From positions 19,877-83,876 of the IMG/VR virus record IMGVR_UViG_3300037471_001079: 64,000 nucleotides of DNA, one strand, 5' to 3'. The notes beneath the pieces were generated by a model. The model searched no databases. It worked only from the letters and a program-made list of their open reading frames with translations, and was not told where the DNA came from. The stretch comes from a virus (taxonomy: Duplodnaviria > Heunggongvirae > Uroviricota > Caudoviricetes). This document shows, piece after piece, positions 43,898-52,684 of the stretch (its first letter is position 1; every line of letters begins with the position of its first letter). The position numbers and the translations under genes were made by a program.

Positions 43898-44143
43898 ATG
43901 CCCAACAAGTATCTGCAAGTCGGCATCGGCGGCTGGAAATGCCCCTGCTGCTTCCCCGGAAGGGGATCAAAGGATCGTTATCTTCGCTTCCGCGCCGCCA
44001 AGCGGCGCGAGGCGAATGCTCATCTCAATGAGGAGATGGAGCAGATCAACCCTCAACCGAGGAGCTACGGCTATGACCCTGGACGAATTCAAACACCTGG
44101 TGGACGTAACACCGATTGTGCCGCCTCTCCTCCACGGCTGTGA
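43898..44143 (+). CDS. Small Cys-rich (WKCPCC) protein; 3' extent uncertain (overlaps the next gene in another frame)
   Basis: MPNKYLQVGIGGWKCPCCFPGRGSKDRYLRF zinc-ribbon-like N-terminus; its C-terminal 70 nt overlap the 44073 gene. Confidence 0.3.
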   Translation: MPNKYLQVGIGGWKCPCCFPGRGSKDRYLRFRAAKRREANAHLNEEMEQINPQPRSYGYDPGRIQTPGGRNTDCAASPPRL

Positions 44144-44456
44144 CCTGGAGAACCGCGAGGACAGGACCCTGCTCTGGGGCTACAACACTCTACGCTGGTG
44201 TTGGCACGTCTACATCAAGAACGAGCGGCTGGCTTTTCTCAGCTACGAGACCGCCCCAGGCACCGGCTATGCTCTGCGCCTGGAGCCGCTGCCGCCGTCT
44301 ATCCTAATCCCGGACAAGCGCCTCTACCCCGAGGCGTGCGACTTCGAGTTCTGCGAGATGCTGACGGGCCTCGGCTTCAGCCTGCCTTTTACCCACTTCA
44401 ACGCCACGCGACAGCCTCAGCAGTACTACGGCAAGACACTGGAGCAGCTGTCATGA
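44073..44456 (+). CDS. Hypothetical protein (127 aa)
   Basis: SD GGAG upstream of ATG; protein-like composition (MTLDEFKHLVDVTPIVPPLLHGCDLENRED...). Confidence 0.45.
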   Translation: MTLDEFKHLVDVTPIVPPLLHGCDLENREDRTLLWGYNTLRWCWHVYIKNERLAFLSYETAPGTGYALRLEPLPPSILIPDKRLYPEACDFEFCEMLTGLGFSLPFTHFNATRQPQQYYGKTLEQLS

Positions 44457-44815
44457 CGGCCTCCGTGTTCCCGATCACTCTTCGCTGCGACCACACTGGC
44501 TGGAGCGCCTACGACTTCCGTGATGCGTTCCTCGCCGCCAAGCCGGCCGGCCTCACCTACTACGCCTACGACACAATCATCCACAGCCGGACCGAAGTCG
44601 AGTTCGTTGCCTACGACATGCTCGACAACTGTTACGGCGGCGTCGGCAAGGAGAAGGCCAGGTTCAGGGCCACAGTCTCCAGGGATCTCACCGACGAGGC
44701 TGTGAAGAAGCAGGTCTACCTCGTCGCCCAGGACCGGCGTGAGAGAGAACTGGATCAACGAGAAGAGTTGATCATCCGCGCCTATGCGGCCGAGATCGAG
44801 CGACAGCTCGACTAA
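44453..44815 (+). CDS. Hypothetical protein (120 aa)
   Basis: ATGA overlap with the upstream gene; stop TAA inside an ACTAACACCCACA motif, followed by a perfect UUCG-tetraloop hairpin. Confidence 0.45.
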   Translation: MTASVFPITLRCDHTGWSAYDFRDAFLAAKPAGLTYYAYDTIIHSRTEVEFVAYDMLDNCYGGVGKEKARFRATVSRDLTDEAVKKQVYLVAQDRRERELDQREELIIRAYAAEIERQLD

Positions 44816-44885
44816 CACCCACAGTCACAACCTGGCTTCGCCAGGTTCACACTCATGGTCTGAGTGTAATTTCCAAGTTACCTAG

Positions 44886-44962
44886 GCTCCCGTCGTCTAA
44901 CTGGACTAGGACGGTCGGCCCCTCAGCCGCCCATGCACGTTCGAGTCGTGCCGGGAGCGCCA
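44886..44962 (+). tRNA. tRNA-like gene 2 (77 nt, encoded CCA) with a weak, non-canonical anticodon stem (loop region CCCCTCAG containing CTC); possibly a pseudo- or variant tRNA
   Basis: acceptor GCTCCCG/CGGGAGC, discriminator G, CCA; D arm GTCT-AACTGGACTA-GGAC; T arm GCACG-TTCGAGT-CGTGC; only a 4-bp anticodon stem (CGGC/GCCG) with a 6-nt loop can be drawn. Confidence 0.45.
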
Positions 44963-44999
44963 CTTCAAGCATCGCTTTAACTGAACGAAGGAACCCACA

Positions 45000-45392
45000 A
45001 TGGGAATGCATCCCCTGCCCGAACGGCGGGCAAATCGTGCTGCCTGGGCGGCCGAACTCCGCTCTGGCAAATACCCACAGATCCGCGGACAGCTTCATGA
45101 CGGGGTCGGCTACTGCTGCCTCGGCGTGGCGTGTGCCATGAGGCTCGAGCCCAAGCTCGTCCGCGAGGCCTCCACAGAATTCGGTGCCGTCTACGAGTTC
45201 GACGGCGAGGGCGCGGTCCTGCACTACTCCGTGAAGGAATGGCTCGGCATTGTCGACTTTGCCGGCACCTACATCGACGCCGACGGCCAGTACCAGAGCC
45301 TGACCGGCGACAACGACCACCGCCGGTTCACGTTCGCCCAGATCGCCGACATCATCGAGGCGGAACCCGAAGGGTTGTTCATCAATGACTGA
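45000..45392 (+). CDS. Small protein, tandem paralog A (…AWAAELRSGKYPQ…FCCLGVACA…FAQIADIIEAEPEGLFIND)
   Basis: shares the N-terminal block and an identical C-terminal 19 aa with the next gene; SD GAAGGAA. Confidence 0.5.
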   Translation: MGMHPLPERRANRAAWAAELRSGKYPQIRGQLHDGVGYCCLGVACAMRLEPKLVREASTEFGAVYEFDGEGAVLHYSVKEWLGIVDFAGTYIDADGQYQSLTGDNDHRRFTFAQIADIIEAEPEGLFIND

Positions 45393-45750
45393 CTACGCTG
45401 CAAACCGCGCTGCCTGGGTCGCTGCGCTGCGCTCCGGCAACTACCAGCAGGGTCGTGAATACCTGCGGCTTGGCGACACTTTCTGCTGCCTCGGCGTCGG
45501 CTGCGCCGTGATGGGCATGGAGCCCGTCCATGACACCTTCGATGACACCTACGGCTACGACGACGAGTTCTCAGTCGCCCCCAAGTCCTTCAGAGATTGG
45601 GTCGGCCTCAGGACCGCAGCCGGTGAATACACGGCCCAGAACGGTGACAGCGGGTCTCTAACCGAGGACAACGACCACCACGACCTCACCTTCGCCCAGA
45701 TCGCCGACCTGATCGAGGCTGAACCCGAGGGGTTGTTCATCAATGACTGA
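45385..45750 (+). CDS. Small protein, tandem paralog B
   Basis: AAWVAALRSGNYQQ...FCCLGVGCA...FAQIADLIEAEPEGLFIND. Confidence 0.5.
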   Translation: MTDYAANRAAWVAALRSGNYQQGREYLRLGDTFCCLGVGCAVMGMEPVHDTFDDTYGYDDEFSVAPKSFRDWVGLRTAAGEYTAQNGDSGSLTEDNDHHDLTFAQIADLIEAEPEGLFIND

Positions 45751-46096
45751 GCTCACAGCACAAGTCATTTTCGACACCTCCTGTCGAGCCATACTCCGCC
45801 AGGGCAAGGCCGCCGTCGAGAACGGCAAGTGCAAGTACCGAGCCTCCGACGGATCGGTGTGCGCCGTCGGGGCGCTGATCCCCGACGAGGTCTATGACCC
45901 CCGCGTGGAGGGTTGCGGCGTCAGCACCATCACCAGCTGGGTGCCGGAGCTCGTGCCTCACTACCACCTGCTCTGCCGCCTGCAGGAGGCCCACGACTCC
46001 ACCCTGCGCGACCGCGGTATCCCCGGCTGGACACACCACGTCGCCGGGATCGCCAGGGAGTTCAATCTGTCCATCGAGGTTCTCAATCATGTCTGA
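45743..46096 (+). CDS. Cys-containing small protein, member 2 of the CKYR/CAVG paralog family
   Basis: see 43227..43616. Confidence 0.5.
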   Translation: MTELTAQVIFDTSCRAILRQGKAAVENGKCKYRASDGSVCAVGALIPDEVYDPRVEGCGVSTITSWVPELVPHYHLLCRLQEAHDSTLRDRGIPGWTHHVAGIAREFNLSIEVLNHV

Positions 46097-46694
46097 TTTC
46101 AAGCCCGGCGACCGCGTCATCTGTGTCAACGCCAACGGTCACTTCGTATATCAGCGTCTGACCGAGGGCAGGTCCTATGAGGTGCTACAGTTCACCGGCG
46201 CATTCTTGCGACTGACCGCCGACGATATGGGCGGGTCGCTCTATCACTTCGACCCCGACCGGTTCCGCAAGGCCCCGCAGCCTGAGCCCGATCCTGAATT
46301 CCTGATCGGTGACCAGATTGTCTGTATCGACACCACCGGCACTCATACTGGTGAGCTGACCAAGGGCAAGACCTACGAGGTCAAGGGGATTGGCGACGGC
46401 GGCTATGTCGAGATCATCGACGACCTTGGTGGGACCACCATTCCTTATCGGAGCCGCAGGTTCAAGCTGGCTCAGACACCGACACCCGAGCCACCTCTGA
46501 ACCTCTACTACCGCGTCCGCGGCTCCTACTACCTCAACGGACCGTACAAGGACGCCGAGACGATCAAGAAGATCGCGCCGGAGAAGCATACGGCCGAGGA
46601 GCTGGAGCACATCGAGCTCTTCGAAATGACCGGTAGCCTCGCTTATATTCCGCCGGCGCCGGCCGCCGGGATCTGGGCGTTCACCGCCTCATGA
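46089..46694 (+). CDS. Hypothetical protein with an internal duplication of an SH3/KOW-like module
   Basis: GDRVICVNANGHFVYQRLTEGRSYEV and GDQIVCIDTTGTHTGELTKGKTYEV repeat within 201 aa; start placed at the internal ATG at 46089. Confidence 0.45.
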   Translation: MSDFKPGDRVICVNANGHFVYQRLTEGRSYEVLQFTGAFLRLTADDMGGSLYHFDPDRFRKAPQPEPDPEFLIGDQIVCIDTTGTHTGELTKGKTYEVKGIGDGGYVEIIDDLGGTTIPYRSRRFKLAQTPTPEPPLNLYYRVRGSYYLNGPYKDAETIKKIAPEKHTAEELEHIELFEMTGSLAYIPPAPAAGIWAFTAS

Positions 46695-46768
46695 TCAATC
46701 AAGCTCCCATCGTCTAGCGGCCCAGGACCCCGCCTCCTCACGGCGGTGACGTCAGTTCGAATCTGGCT
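46693..46768 (+). tRNA. tRNA-like gene 3 (76 nt, encoded CCA), canonical cloverleaf; anticodon loop TCCTCAC suggests CUC (Glu) but position 33 is C rather than U
   Basis: acceptor GCTCCCA/TGGGAGC; D arm GTCT-AGCGGCCCA-GGAC (G18G19); anticodon stem CCGCC/GGCGG with a 7-nt loop; T arm GTCAG-TTCGAAT-CTGGC; starts inside the stop codon of the upstream gene. Confidence 0.6.
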
Positions 46769-46815
46769 GGGAGCGCCACTAACATCGTTTTTGCCTTTTC
46801 AAGGATTGCAACGCA

Positions 46816-47181
46816 ATGAACAGCGTAACCGTACGCTTCGACGGCAGCAGCCGCGAATACAACTACCTGTGCCCCTTCGAGGTGAGGAAGGGCGATCGTG
46901 TCATCGTCGACACGCCATCCTCCGGCTACACCACCGTGACGGTGGTGGAGTTCTATCCGAACGCCCGCGTCGGCTCGGCCTCGAAGCAGGTCGTCGCCAC
47001 CATCGACGACGAGGACTTCAAGGCCCGCCAGGCCAAGGCCAAGGAAGTGGCCGAGATCAAGAAGGAGCTCAAGCAGATCGAGGAGCAGATCAAGGAGCGC
47101 AACCGCCTGGCGGCCATCGCCGCCCAGTCGCCGCAGGCGCAGCTGCTGTTCGACCGCTTGGCGGCATTAGGGGAAGTCTGA
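46816..47181 (+). CDS. Hypothetical protein (121 aa) with a C-terminal coiled coil
   Basis: SD AAGGA upstream; EIKKELKQIEEQIKERNRLAAIAA. Confidence 0.45.
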   Translation: MNSVTVRFDGSSREYNYLCPFEVRKGDRVIVDTPSSGYTTVTVVEFYPNARVGSASKQVVATIDDEDFKARQAKAKEVAEIKKELKQIEEQIKERNRLAAIAAQSPQAQLLFDRLAALGEV

Positions 47182-47357
47182 TGAAGCTGCTCCTGGCACT
47201 GCTTCTGACCGCGCCTGACCCTGGCTGGGACGCCTTCGACAAGGCGCGAGGCAACTACAGCAACATCCCCGAGACCCACTACGTGTTCTGCCGAGAGCGC
47301 AGCAACCCGCTTGAACGAGCGGATTGCTCGGAGACGCCATGGAGGAGACCTCAGTGA
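47181..47357 (+). CDS. Small protein (58 aa) with a signal-peptide-like N-terminus (MKLLLALLLTAP)
   Basis: TGATG overlap with the upstream gene. Confidence 0.35.
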   Translation: MKLLLALLLTAPDPGWDAFDKARGNYSNIPETHYVFCRERSNPLERADCSETPWRRPQ

Positions 47358-47782
47358 CCTACCCCTCCTCCTACGAGGTCGACCTCGACGTCCTCAGCAT
47401 CTACGAGGGCAAGCCCTACGAACACCGCCTGGTCCCGACCATCCGGCCCGATCCCGACCGCGAGCACTGGCTCCTGTATGTGACCTACACGTCAGGGGAC
47501 AGCAACGGTCGATATCCCGGCCTCTACCATGAGTTCGTCGATCTCTACCTGACGCGCGACGAGGCGGCGGCTGCGGCCAAGATTATCCGCGATCACTACG
47601 TTTGGGCCAATGCCCCTCGCTTCTCACCTGTCAGTTTCGAGAAGAGCCACGGCGCCGACCTACCCCACGGCAACGGCGACACTCTCTACACTCACTTCCA
47701 TTGGTGCGGCTACTTCGAGGAGCTCGTCGATATCATCGTCGCTCCCGTCACCCTCAACAAACCTCGGATCGAGAAATTCTGA
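47339..47782 (+). CDS. Hypothetical protein (147 aa)
   Basis: ORF start MEETSVTYPSSYEV...; no motif recognised. Confidence 0.45.
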   Translation: MEETSVTYPSSYEVDLDVLSIYEGKPYEHRLVPTIRPDPDREHWLLYVTYTSGDSNGRYPGLYHEFVDLYLTRDEAAAAAKIIRDHYVWANAPRFSPVSFEKSHGADLPHGNGDTLYTHFHWCGYFEELVDIIVAPVTLNKPRIEKF

Positions 47783-48006
47783 TGGTCATCGTTAAACCCG
47801 ACCTGGAGCGCGACGAGCTCGCGCTTCGGATGCTCTGCGCCTTCAACAACGTCCCGTACGAGACGGAACGTCTCTACGCCGAGCGCGACCAACTCCTGGA
47901 ACCTGGTCAGCGCCCTAGCGGGTACGCTTCCTTTCACAACCCCACCACCAAGGCGGCCTGGGCACGAGTTGCCGACGCCGCCAGATCCTTTCTGGAGTCG
48001 AAATGA
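47782..48006 (+). CDS. Small hypothetical protein (74 aa)
   Basis: TGATG overlap with the upstream gene. Confidence 0.4.
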   Translation: MVIVKPDLERDELALRMLCAFNNVPYETERLYAERDQLLEPGQRPSGYASFHNPTTKAAWARVADAARSFLESK

Positions 48007-48380
48007 CTATCACTGAACAGGAAATCTTCGACCAATCCACCCTCGGCCTCATCGCCCAGGGTGGCCCCAGCAAGGCCAAGGATAGCCCTCGCTGCCTCTA
48101 CCGAGGCCCCGGTGGGCGCAAGTGCGCTGTCGGCATCCTCATCACCGACGAGGAGTACAAGCCGGAAATGGACGGCGACGCCTCCAGCGTCCAATGCCTC
48201 GTCGACAATGGTCTTCTGCCGGAGCGCCTTAAGCCTCACGTCCATCTGCTGTGTGTCTTGCAGGACGCTCACGACAACACTCTGACCAACAGCTGGGCGG
48301 ATTGGAAGGCTGATCTGAACGAGATCGCCCTCGATTTCGGACTGTCGACCGCGGTGCTGGATCAATGCCCGTCATCTTGA
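48003..48380 (+). CDS. Cys-containing small protein, member 3 of the CKYR/CAVG paralog family
   Basis: see 43227..43616. Confidence 0.5.
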   Translation: MTITEQEIFDQSTLGLIAQGGPSKAKDSPRCLYRGPGGRKCAVGILITDEEYKPEMDGDASSVQCLVDNGLLPERLKPHVHLLCVLQDAHDNTLTNSWADWKADLNEIALDFGLSTAVLDQCPSS

Positions 48381-48529
48381 CGCGTGACCAGGAGCGCCTG
48401 CTGAAGAAGCAGGTCACAACCCGAGCCTGTCTCCGGACCGAGTTGTGCAAACTCCGGCCAGAGTTGGCCCGCGTAATCAAGGATTTGAGCGAGGCCAATC
48501 TCTGGAAGCTGTACCAGGCGGTCCGCTGA
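48365..48529 (+). CDS. Small hypothetical protein (54 aa)
   Basis: ORF overlapping the upstream gene end; followed by a TGATG junction into the next gene. Confidence 0.3.
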   Translation: MPVILTRDQERLLKKQVTTRACLRTELCKLRPELARVIKDLSEANLWKLYQAVR

Positions 48530-48786
48530 TGGCCTGGTTCCTGAACAAGTATCACTGCCAGGATTGTGACATCTCCTGGGAGGATGAGTGGTCCTGCACC
48601 TGCGACGACGAATGTCCGGTGTGCGGCCACAGCATCGAGCCGGAAGACAGCGACGACCTGACCGTCGTCCTCGACGGTTGTGAAGTCCACGTCTCTCAAC
48701 CAGACGCGGAAGACGATCCGAACTACCTCACCTTCTATTTCACCAATCCGGAAGAAGCGGCGGCGTTCGCCAGCTCTCACCTGTAG
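48529..48786 (+). CDS. Small zinc-ribbon-like protein (CQDCD...CPVCGH), acidic C-terminus
   Basis: two CxxC pairs spaced ~25 aa apart. Confidence 0.4.
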   Translation: MAWFLNKYHCQDCDISWEDEWSCTCDDECPVCGHSIEPEDSDDLTVVLDGCEVHVSQPDAEDDPNYLTFYFTNPEEAAAFASSHL

Positions 48787-48849
48787 TCATTCCACCAGGA
48801 AAATGAAACCAGCCGCCCCCAGGGCGGCTTTTTTGTTGGCTAAAGGACC

Positions 48850-50373
48850 ATGATCAACTTCAACGACTTCCTGCCCCTGGCTGTACCCAACAACGAGTAT
48901 TGGCGCGGTCACTGCGACCGTCTTGGCGTGCCCCACCCCCCCGCGGATCAGGTTTCATTCAACCCGCTCTGGGCGTCGATCGTCTATCATTCAGGCATCA
49001 TCGGCTATCCCTATATCTACGACAACGAGTACAACCGCCTGGAAAGGGCGCTGACCTATACCCACAACGCAGTAGCTGGCCAGCACCTCTTTGATCTGCT
49101 GCCGAAGACCACTCGGCCCGACGACATCGACAACGCCCGCGCCGCCGCTTCCGTCGCTGTGAGCTGCTTCTACAGCTCCTACAATAGCCCCCAAAGGACT
49201 CTCCTCGAGATGCGGGACGGCGCATACCTGCCTTGGTGGGGTTGGCAGGATAGGGTCCAGAAGCAGTTCAATGACGGGGAGTTGAGCGCCCCAACCTGGC
49301 CCTTGGAACCGATCCCGAACCACTTCGTCCACCTGACCCCGGACGACAAGCAGCTCCTGGTCTCCTACTTCGCCAGCGTCCCTCACGGCGAGATCGGCCG
49401 CAAGACTACCTGCAAGCCCGGCCGGTACCTGACGCGGTTCTACAAGGATCTCGACGCCAAGACAGTCCAGGAGATCGTCACCAGCCTGGAGACGCGCGAC
49501 ACGCTGTCGTTCGCCACCACGGCCGACGAGATGGTAGAGGTCTACACCAACGGCCCGCGGAGCTGCATGTCGCACGGCTTCTCCAGCCGGCGACATCCAG
49601 TCAGGGTGTATGCCTACCCCCAAGACGGCTCGTCCGAGTTGCAGCTTGCCTACCTAGGCCCGATCGACGCTCCGGTCGCTCGATGCCTCGTATGGCCCAA
49701 GAACATGGTCTACGGCCGCCGGTACGGCGACGTCCACCGCATCAAGGCCCGGCTAGAGGCTCTCGGCTACGAGGAAGGCTCGTTCGTCGGCGCCAAGATC
49801 GCCGCGATCGACCACCCTGATGAAGGTTGGCTGATGCCGTACATCGACCGCTACAGCGGCGACGAGTACGGCCCCAGCGTCGGAGCCTACGACGTCGACT
49901 ACAACAGCCGAGGCAACTACTTCACGATCGTCGACAGCGGCGACTACACCGCCAACCAGCACGAGGAAGGTCGTGTCGGCTTCAGCGAAGACGAGGACGA
50001 GGACGACTATTTCGCAATCTGCACCTACTCCGGCAACTATATCTACAGCGAGTACGACGCCACGTATCTCCGGGACACCGGCAATTATGTTCACGATGAT
50101 TATCGCGATAACTATTATGAGTGCGACGCAACCGGCAACTACTATCAGCGCCTCTCCAGCATGACCTCGATGGAGGGCGGTGAGTACTACTGGAGCAGAG
50201 ACTACTTCGCCGACTACGGCGGAACCTGCGCCATCGACGGCTGGAACTATCCGAGCAGTCAGCTAGTCGAGCTCGCCGACGGCCGTTTCGTCCACAACAG
50301 CCACGCCATCCAGAATGAGGATGGCGACTATGTTCTCAAGGAACCTGAACTCAACTTGGAGCAAGCAGCGTGA
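48850..50373 (+). CDS. Large hypothetical protein (507 aa), paralog A of a conserved ~150-aa core (CKPGRYL...NGPRSCM...HPVRVYA...AYLGPI...RCLVWP)
   Basis: core region about 45% identical to 50370..51497; Asp/Tyr-rich repetitive C-terminus (DYxxNYY repeats). Confidence 0.55.
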   Translation: MINFNDFLPLAVPNNEYWRGHCDRLGVPHPPADQVSFNPLWASIVYHSGIIGYPYIYDNEYNRLERALTYTHNAVAGQHLFDLLPKTTRPDDIDNARAAASVAVSCFYSSYNSPQRTLLEMRDGAYLPWWGWQDRVQKQFNDGELSAPTWPLEPIPNHFVHLTPDDKQLLVSYFASVPHGEIGRKTTCKPGRYLTRFYKDLDAKTVQEIVTSLETRDTLSFATTADEMVEVYTNGPRSCMSHGFSSRRHPVRVYAYPQDGSSELQLAYLGPIDAPVARCLVWPKNMVYGRRYGDVHRIKARLEALGYEEGSFVGAKIAAIDHPDEGWLMPYIDRYSGDEYGPSVGAYDVDYNSRGNYFTIVDSGDYTANQHEEGRVGFSEDEDEDDYFAICTYSGNYIYSEYDATYLRDTGNYVHDDYRDNYYECDATGNYYQRLSSMTSMEGGEYYWSRDYFADYGGTCAIDGWNYPSSQLVELADGRFVHNSHAIQNEDGDYVLKEPELNLEQAA

Positions 50374-51497
50374 GCTTTATCACCAGCCAATCTCGTTTCA
50401 ATGACGCTATCGAGAACTTCCACAAGGCGTTCTCGTGGCGCAATAACCTCTACGGCTATGCCTACTGGAAAGCGAGGGCGACAGACCTGGCCGCCCTCGC
50501 CGGCCGTGAGCCGATCCTGCAGGAGCCCGACACAGAGCTCACTTATGACTATGAGATGCTCGCCGAAGATCTCAACTACGGCATGCATTGGGCCGACACC
50601 CCGCAGGGCAACCGCTACTGGCGGGAGGTCAAACGCCGCATCGAGGACTCCTCAAGTGACACAGTCGCCTCCAGCGACTGGCGCGAGCGTGAGCAGCTCC
50701 GTATCGACCGCGGCATCTATGATCCGATCAAGTTCCAGGGCCTGGAACCGATCACCGAACACTACCTGCATAGGGCGCTGGAGAACGAGGCCTTAGTCGC
50801 CTACACCCCGTCGGACGAGTACGGCCAGCGCGATCGGCAGGTCTCCTGCAAGCCAGGCGCCTATCTGAAGAAGTTCTATCCGTCGCTGTCCGCGACGGAA
50901 GTGCAGAACCTCGCCACCTCGATCGATATGAGGCTGCTGAACTTCGCCGTGACGGCGGATGAGATCGAGAGGGTGTATCGGAACGGCCCGTCCTCGTGCA
51001 TGGCGTACTCGGCCTCGAACTTCGAGACCGAAGGTGTCCATCCGGTCCGGGCCTACGCCGGCCCCGACCTCCAGGTCGCCTATCTCGGGCCGATCGCCAA
51101 ACCGATCGCCCGCTGCCTGGTCTGGCCGGAGCAGAAGCGGCGCAGCACGATCTACGGCGACTACCACCGTATGAAGAGCGCCCTGGAGAAAGCCGGCTAC
51201 AACAACACGGACCTGACCGGCGCCCGCATGTCGATCCTGCGCCGGAAGGATAACCTCCTGATCTGTCCGTACATCGACGGCGTCGGTGGGGTCAAACTGT
51301 CCTACGACAAGCAACACCTCATCATCAGCGACGGTTATGGGTGCATTGGTGCAGCCAACACGTCAGGTTACACCTCCGGTGTTATCTGCTCCATCACTGG
51401 CGATCTGGCGCCGGCCCACTGCAAAGTGGGCAGCAAGTACCTGAGCCACATCGAATACAACGAAACTCTCAAAGAAAGATCTTCCATTGCTGCCTGA
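50370..51497 (+). CDS. Large hypothetical protein (375 aa), paralog B of the same core; GTG start overlapping the upstream stop
   Basis: CKPGAYLKKFY...NGPSSCMAYS...HPVRAYAGPDLQVAYLGPIAKPIARCLVWPE. Confidence 0.5.
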   Translation: MSFITSQSRFNDAIENFHKAFSWRNNLYGYAYWKARATDLAALAGREPILQEPDTELTYDYEMLAEDLNYGMHWADTPQGNRYWREVKRRIEDSSSDTVASSDWREREQLRIDRGIYDPIKFQGLEPITEHYLHRALENEALVAYTPSDEYGQRDRQVSCKPGAYLKKFYPSLSATEVQNLATSIDMRLLNFAVTADEIERVYRNGPSSCMAYSASNFETEGVHPVRAYAGPDLQVAYLGPIAKPIARCLVWPEQKRRSTIYGDYHRMKSALEKAGYNNTDLTGARMSILRRKDNLLICPYIDGVGGVKLSYDKQHLIISDGYGCIGAANTSGYTSGVICSITGDLAPAHCKVGSKYLSHIEYNETLKERSSIAA

Positions 51498-51513
51498 CCT
51501 CAACCTACTGGAC

Positions 51514-52530
51514 ATGCTCCAGTACCGCCGGCCCGCCTTCTCTGAAACTGAACGCAAATTCATCCGGAAATACATCGAACCCTTCGGCGCCAAGCCCGAC
51601 GAGTTCGGTAATTACATCTTAAAGATCGGCGATGCTCCGGTCCTGTGGTCGAGCCACACCGACACCGTGCATTACGTCCACGGCATGCAGCAGGTCTGGG
51701 TCGACAAGGCCAAGCAGTTCGCTTGGACAGACACCAAGAAGTCGAACTGCCTCGGCGCCGACTGCACCACCGGCGTCTACGTGATGTTGCGGATGATAGA
51801 GGCCGGCGTGCCAGGCCTCTACATCTTCCATCGCGACGAGGAGGCCGGCGGTGGTGGCTCCAGCCACATTGCCAAGAAGACGCCCGAGCTCCTCGACGGC
51901 ATCAAGTATGCCATCGCCTTCGACCGCAAGGGCTCCAACTCGATCATCACCCATCAGTGGGGCGGTCGCTGCTGCTCTTCCGAGTTCGCCAAGGCTCTCG
52001 GCGAGCATCTGATGATGAAGGAGGACAGCGGCGGGACGTTCACCGACACCGCCAACTACACCGACATCATTCCGGAATGCACCAACATCAGCGTCGGCTA
52101 CATGAACCAGCACACCGCCGGCGAGTGGCAGGACCTCCAGTTCGCCGAGGAGCTGGTCAAGCTCATGCTGACGCTTGACGTCGCTAGCCTACCGGTGGCG
52201 CGTGATCCGAAGGCCAAACCGGCCAACTGGTGGGAGGATGATGACGAGTTCGGCTGGTATCACGGCCACCGGACTTTGAAGTCCAGCAAAGGCGGCTACC
52301 GAAGTCTCAGGACTGGGGAGCCGCTCGACGACGACCAGCATTATTACGGGAGGGCCTACGGCTCGTCCCAAACCTATGTCGACGACAGCTGGTACGACGC
52401 CTACGATCTTGAGGACCTGGTCCGCACCCGCCCTGCCGACATCGTCAACTACCTCCTCCGCAATGGTGTCAACGCCCGCGACATCATGGAGGAGATCGGC
52501 ATCACCCACATCAACTCGGCGGCAGCCTGA
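51514..52530 (+). CDS. Putative Zn-dependent peptidase of the M20/M28/M42 superfamily (start may instead be TTG at 51487)
   Basis: metal-ligand motifs in canonical order: SSHTDTVH (HxD), DCTTG (Asp), FHRDEEAGGGGS (Glu-Glu), GYMNQHTAGE (His). Confidence 0.45.
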   Translation: MLQYRRPAFSETERKFIRKYIEPFGAKPDEFGNYILKIGDAPVLWSSHTDTVHYVHGMQQVWVDKAKQFAWTDTKKSNCLGADCTTGVYVMLRMIEAGVPGLYIFHRDEEAGGGGSSHIAKKTPELLDGIKYAIAFDRKGSNSIITHQWGGRCCSSEFAKALGEHLMMKEDSGGTFTDTANYTDIIPECTNISVGYMNQHTAGEWQDLQFAEELVKLMLTLDVASLPVARDPKAKPANWWEDDDEFGWYHGHRTLKSSKGGYRSLRTGEPLDDDQHYYGRAYGSSQTYVDDSWYDAYDLEDLVRTRPADIVNYLLRNGVNARDIMEEIGITHINSAAA

Positions 52531-52531
52531 C

Positions 52532-52684
52532 ATGCAGTTCAACCCAGGCACCTTCACCGCCGACATCCAGCTCCTGCCGCCATACCTGAATGACCTAGTC
52601 TTTCAAGAGGCGGACTGGTTTGTCGAACCTGATGACATCCTCGACCTTGATATCGAGGTCGAGAGGGACGAGGACGAGTACTGA
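52532..52684 (+). CDS. Small acidic protein (50 aa)
   Basis: ATG immediately after the upstream stop; too short for the ORF track. Confidence 0.3.
   Translation: MQFNPGTFTADIQLLPPYLNDLVFQEADWFVEPDDILDLDIEVERDEDEY

Noticed and set aside
43898-44143. Treating 43886..44143 and 44016..44456 as one frameshifted gene
   Set aside because: The second frame has its own SD (GGAG) and ATG at 44073, and a coherent protein-like sequence. The 70-nt overlap is more simply two genes. A programmed frameshift cannot be supported without a slippery site.
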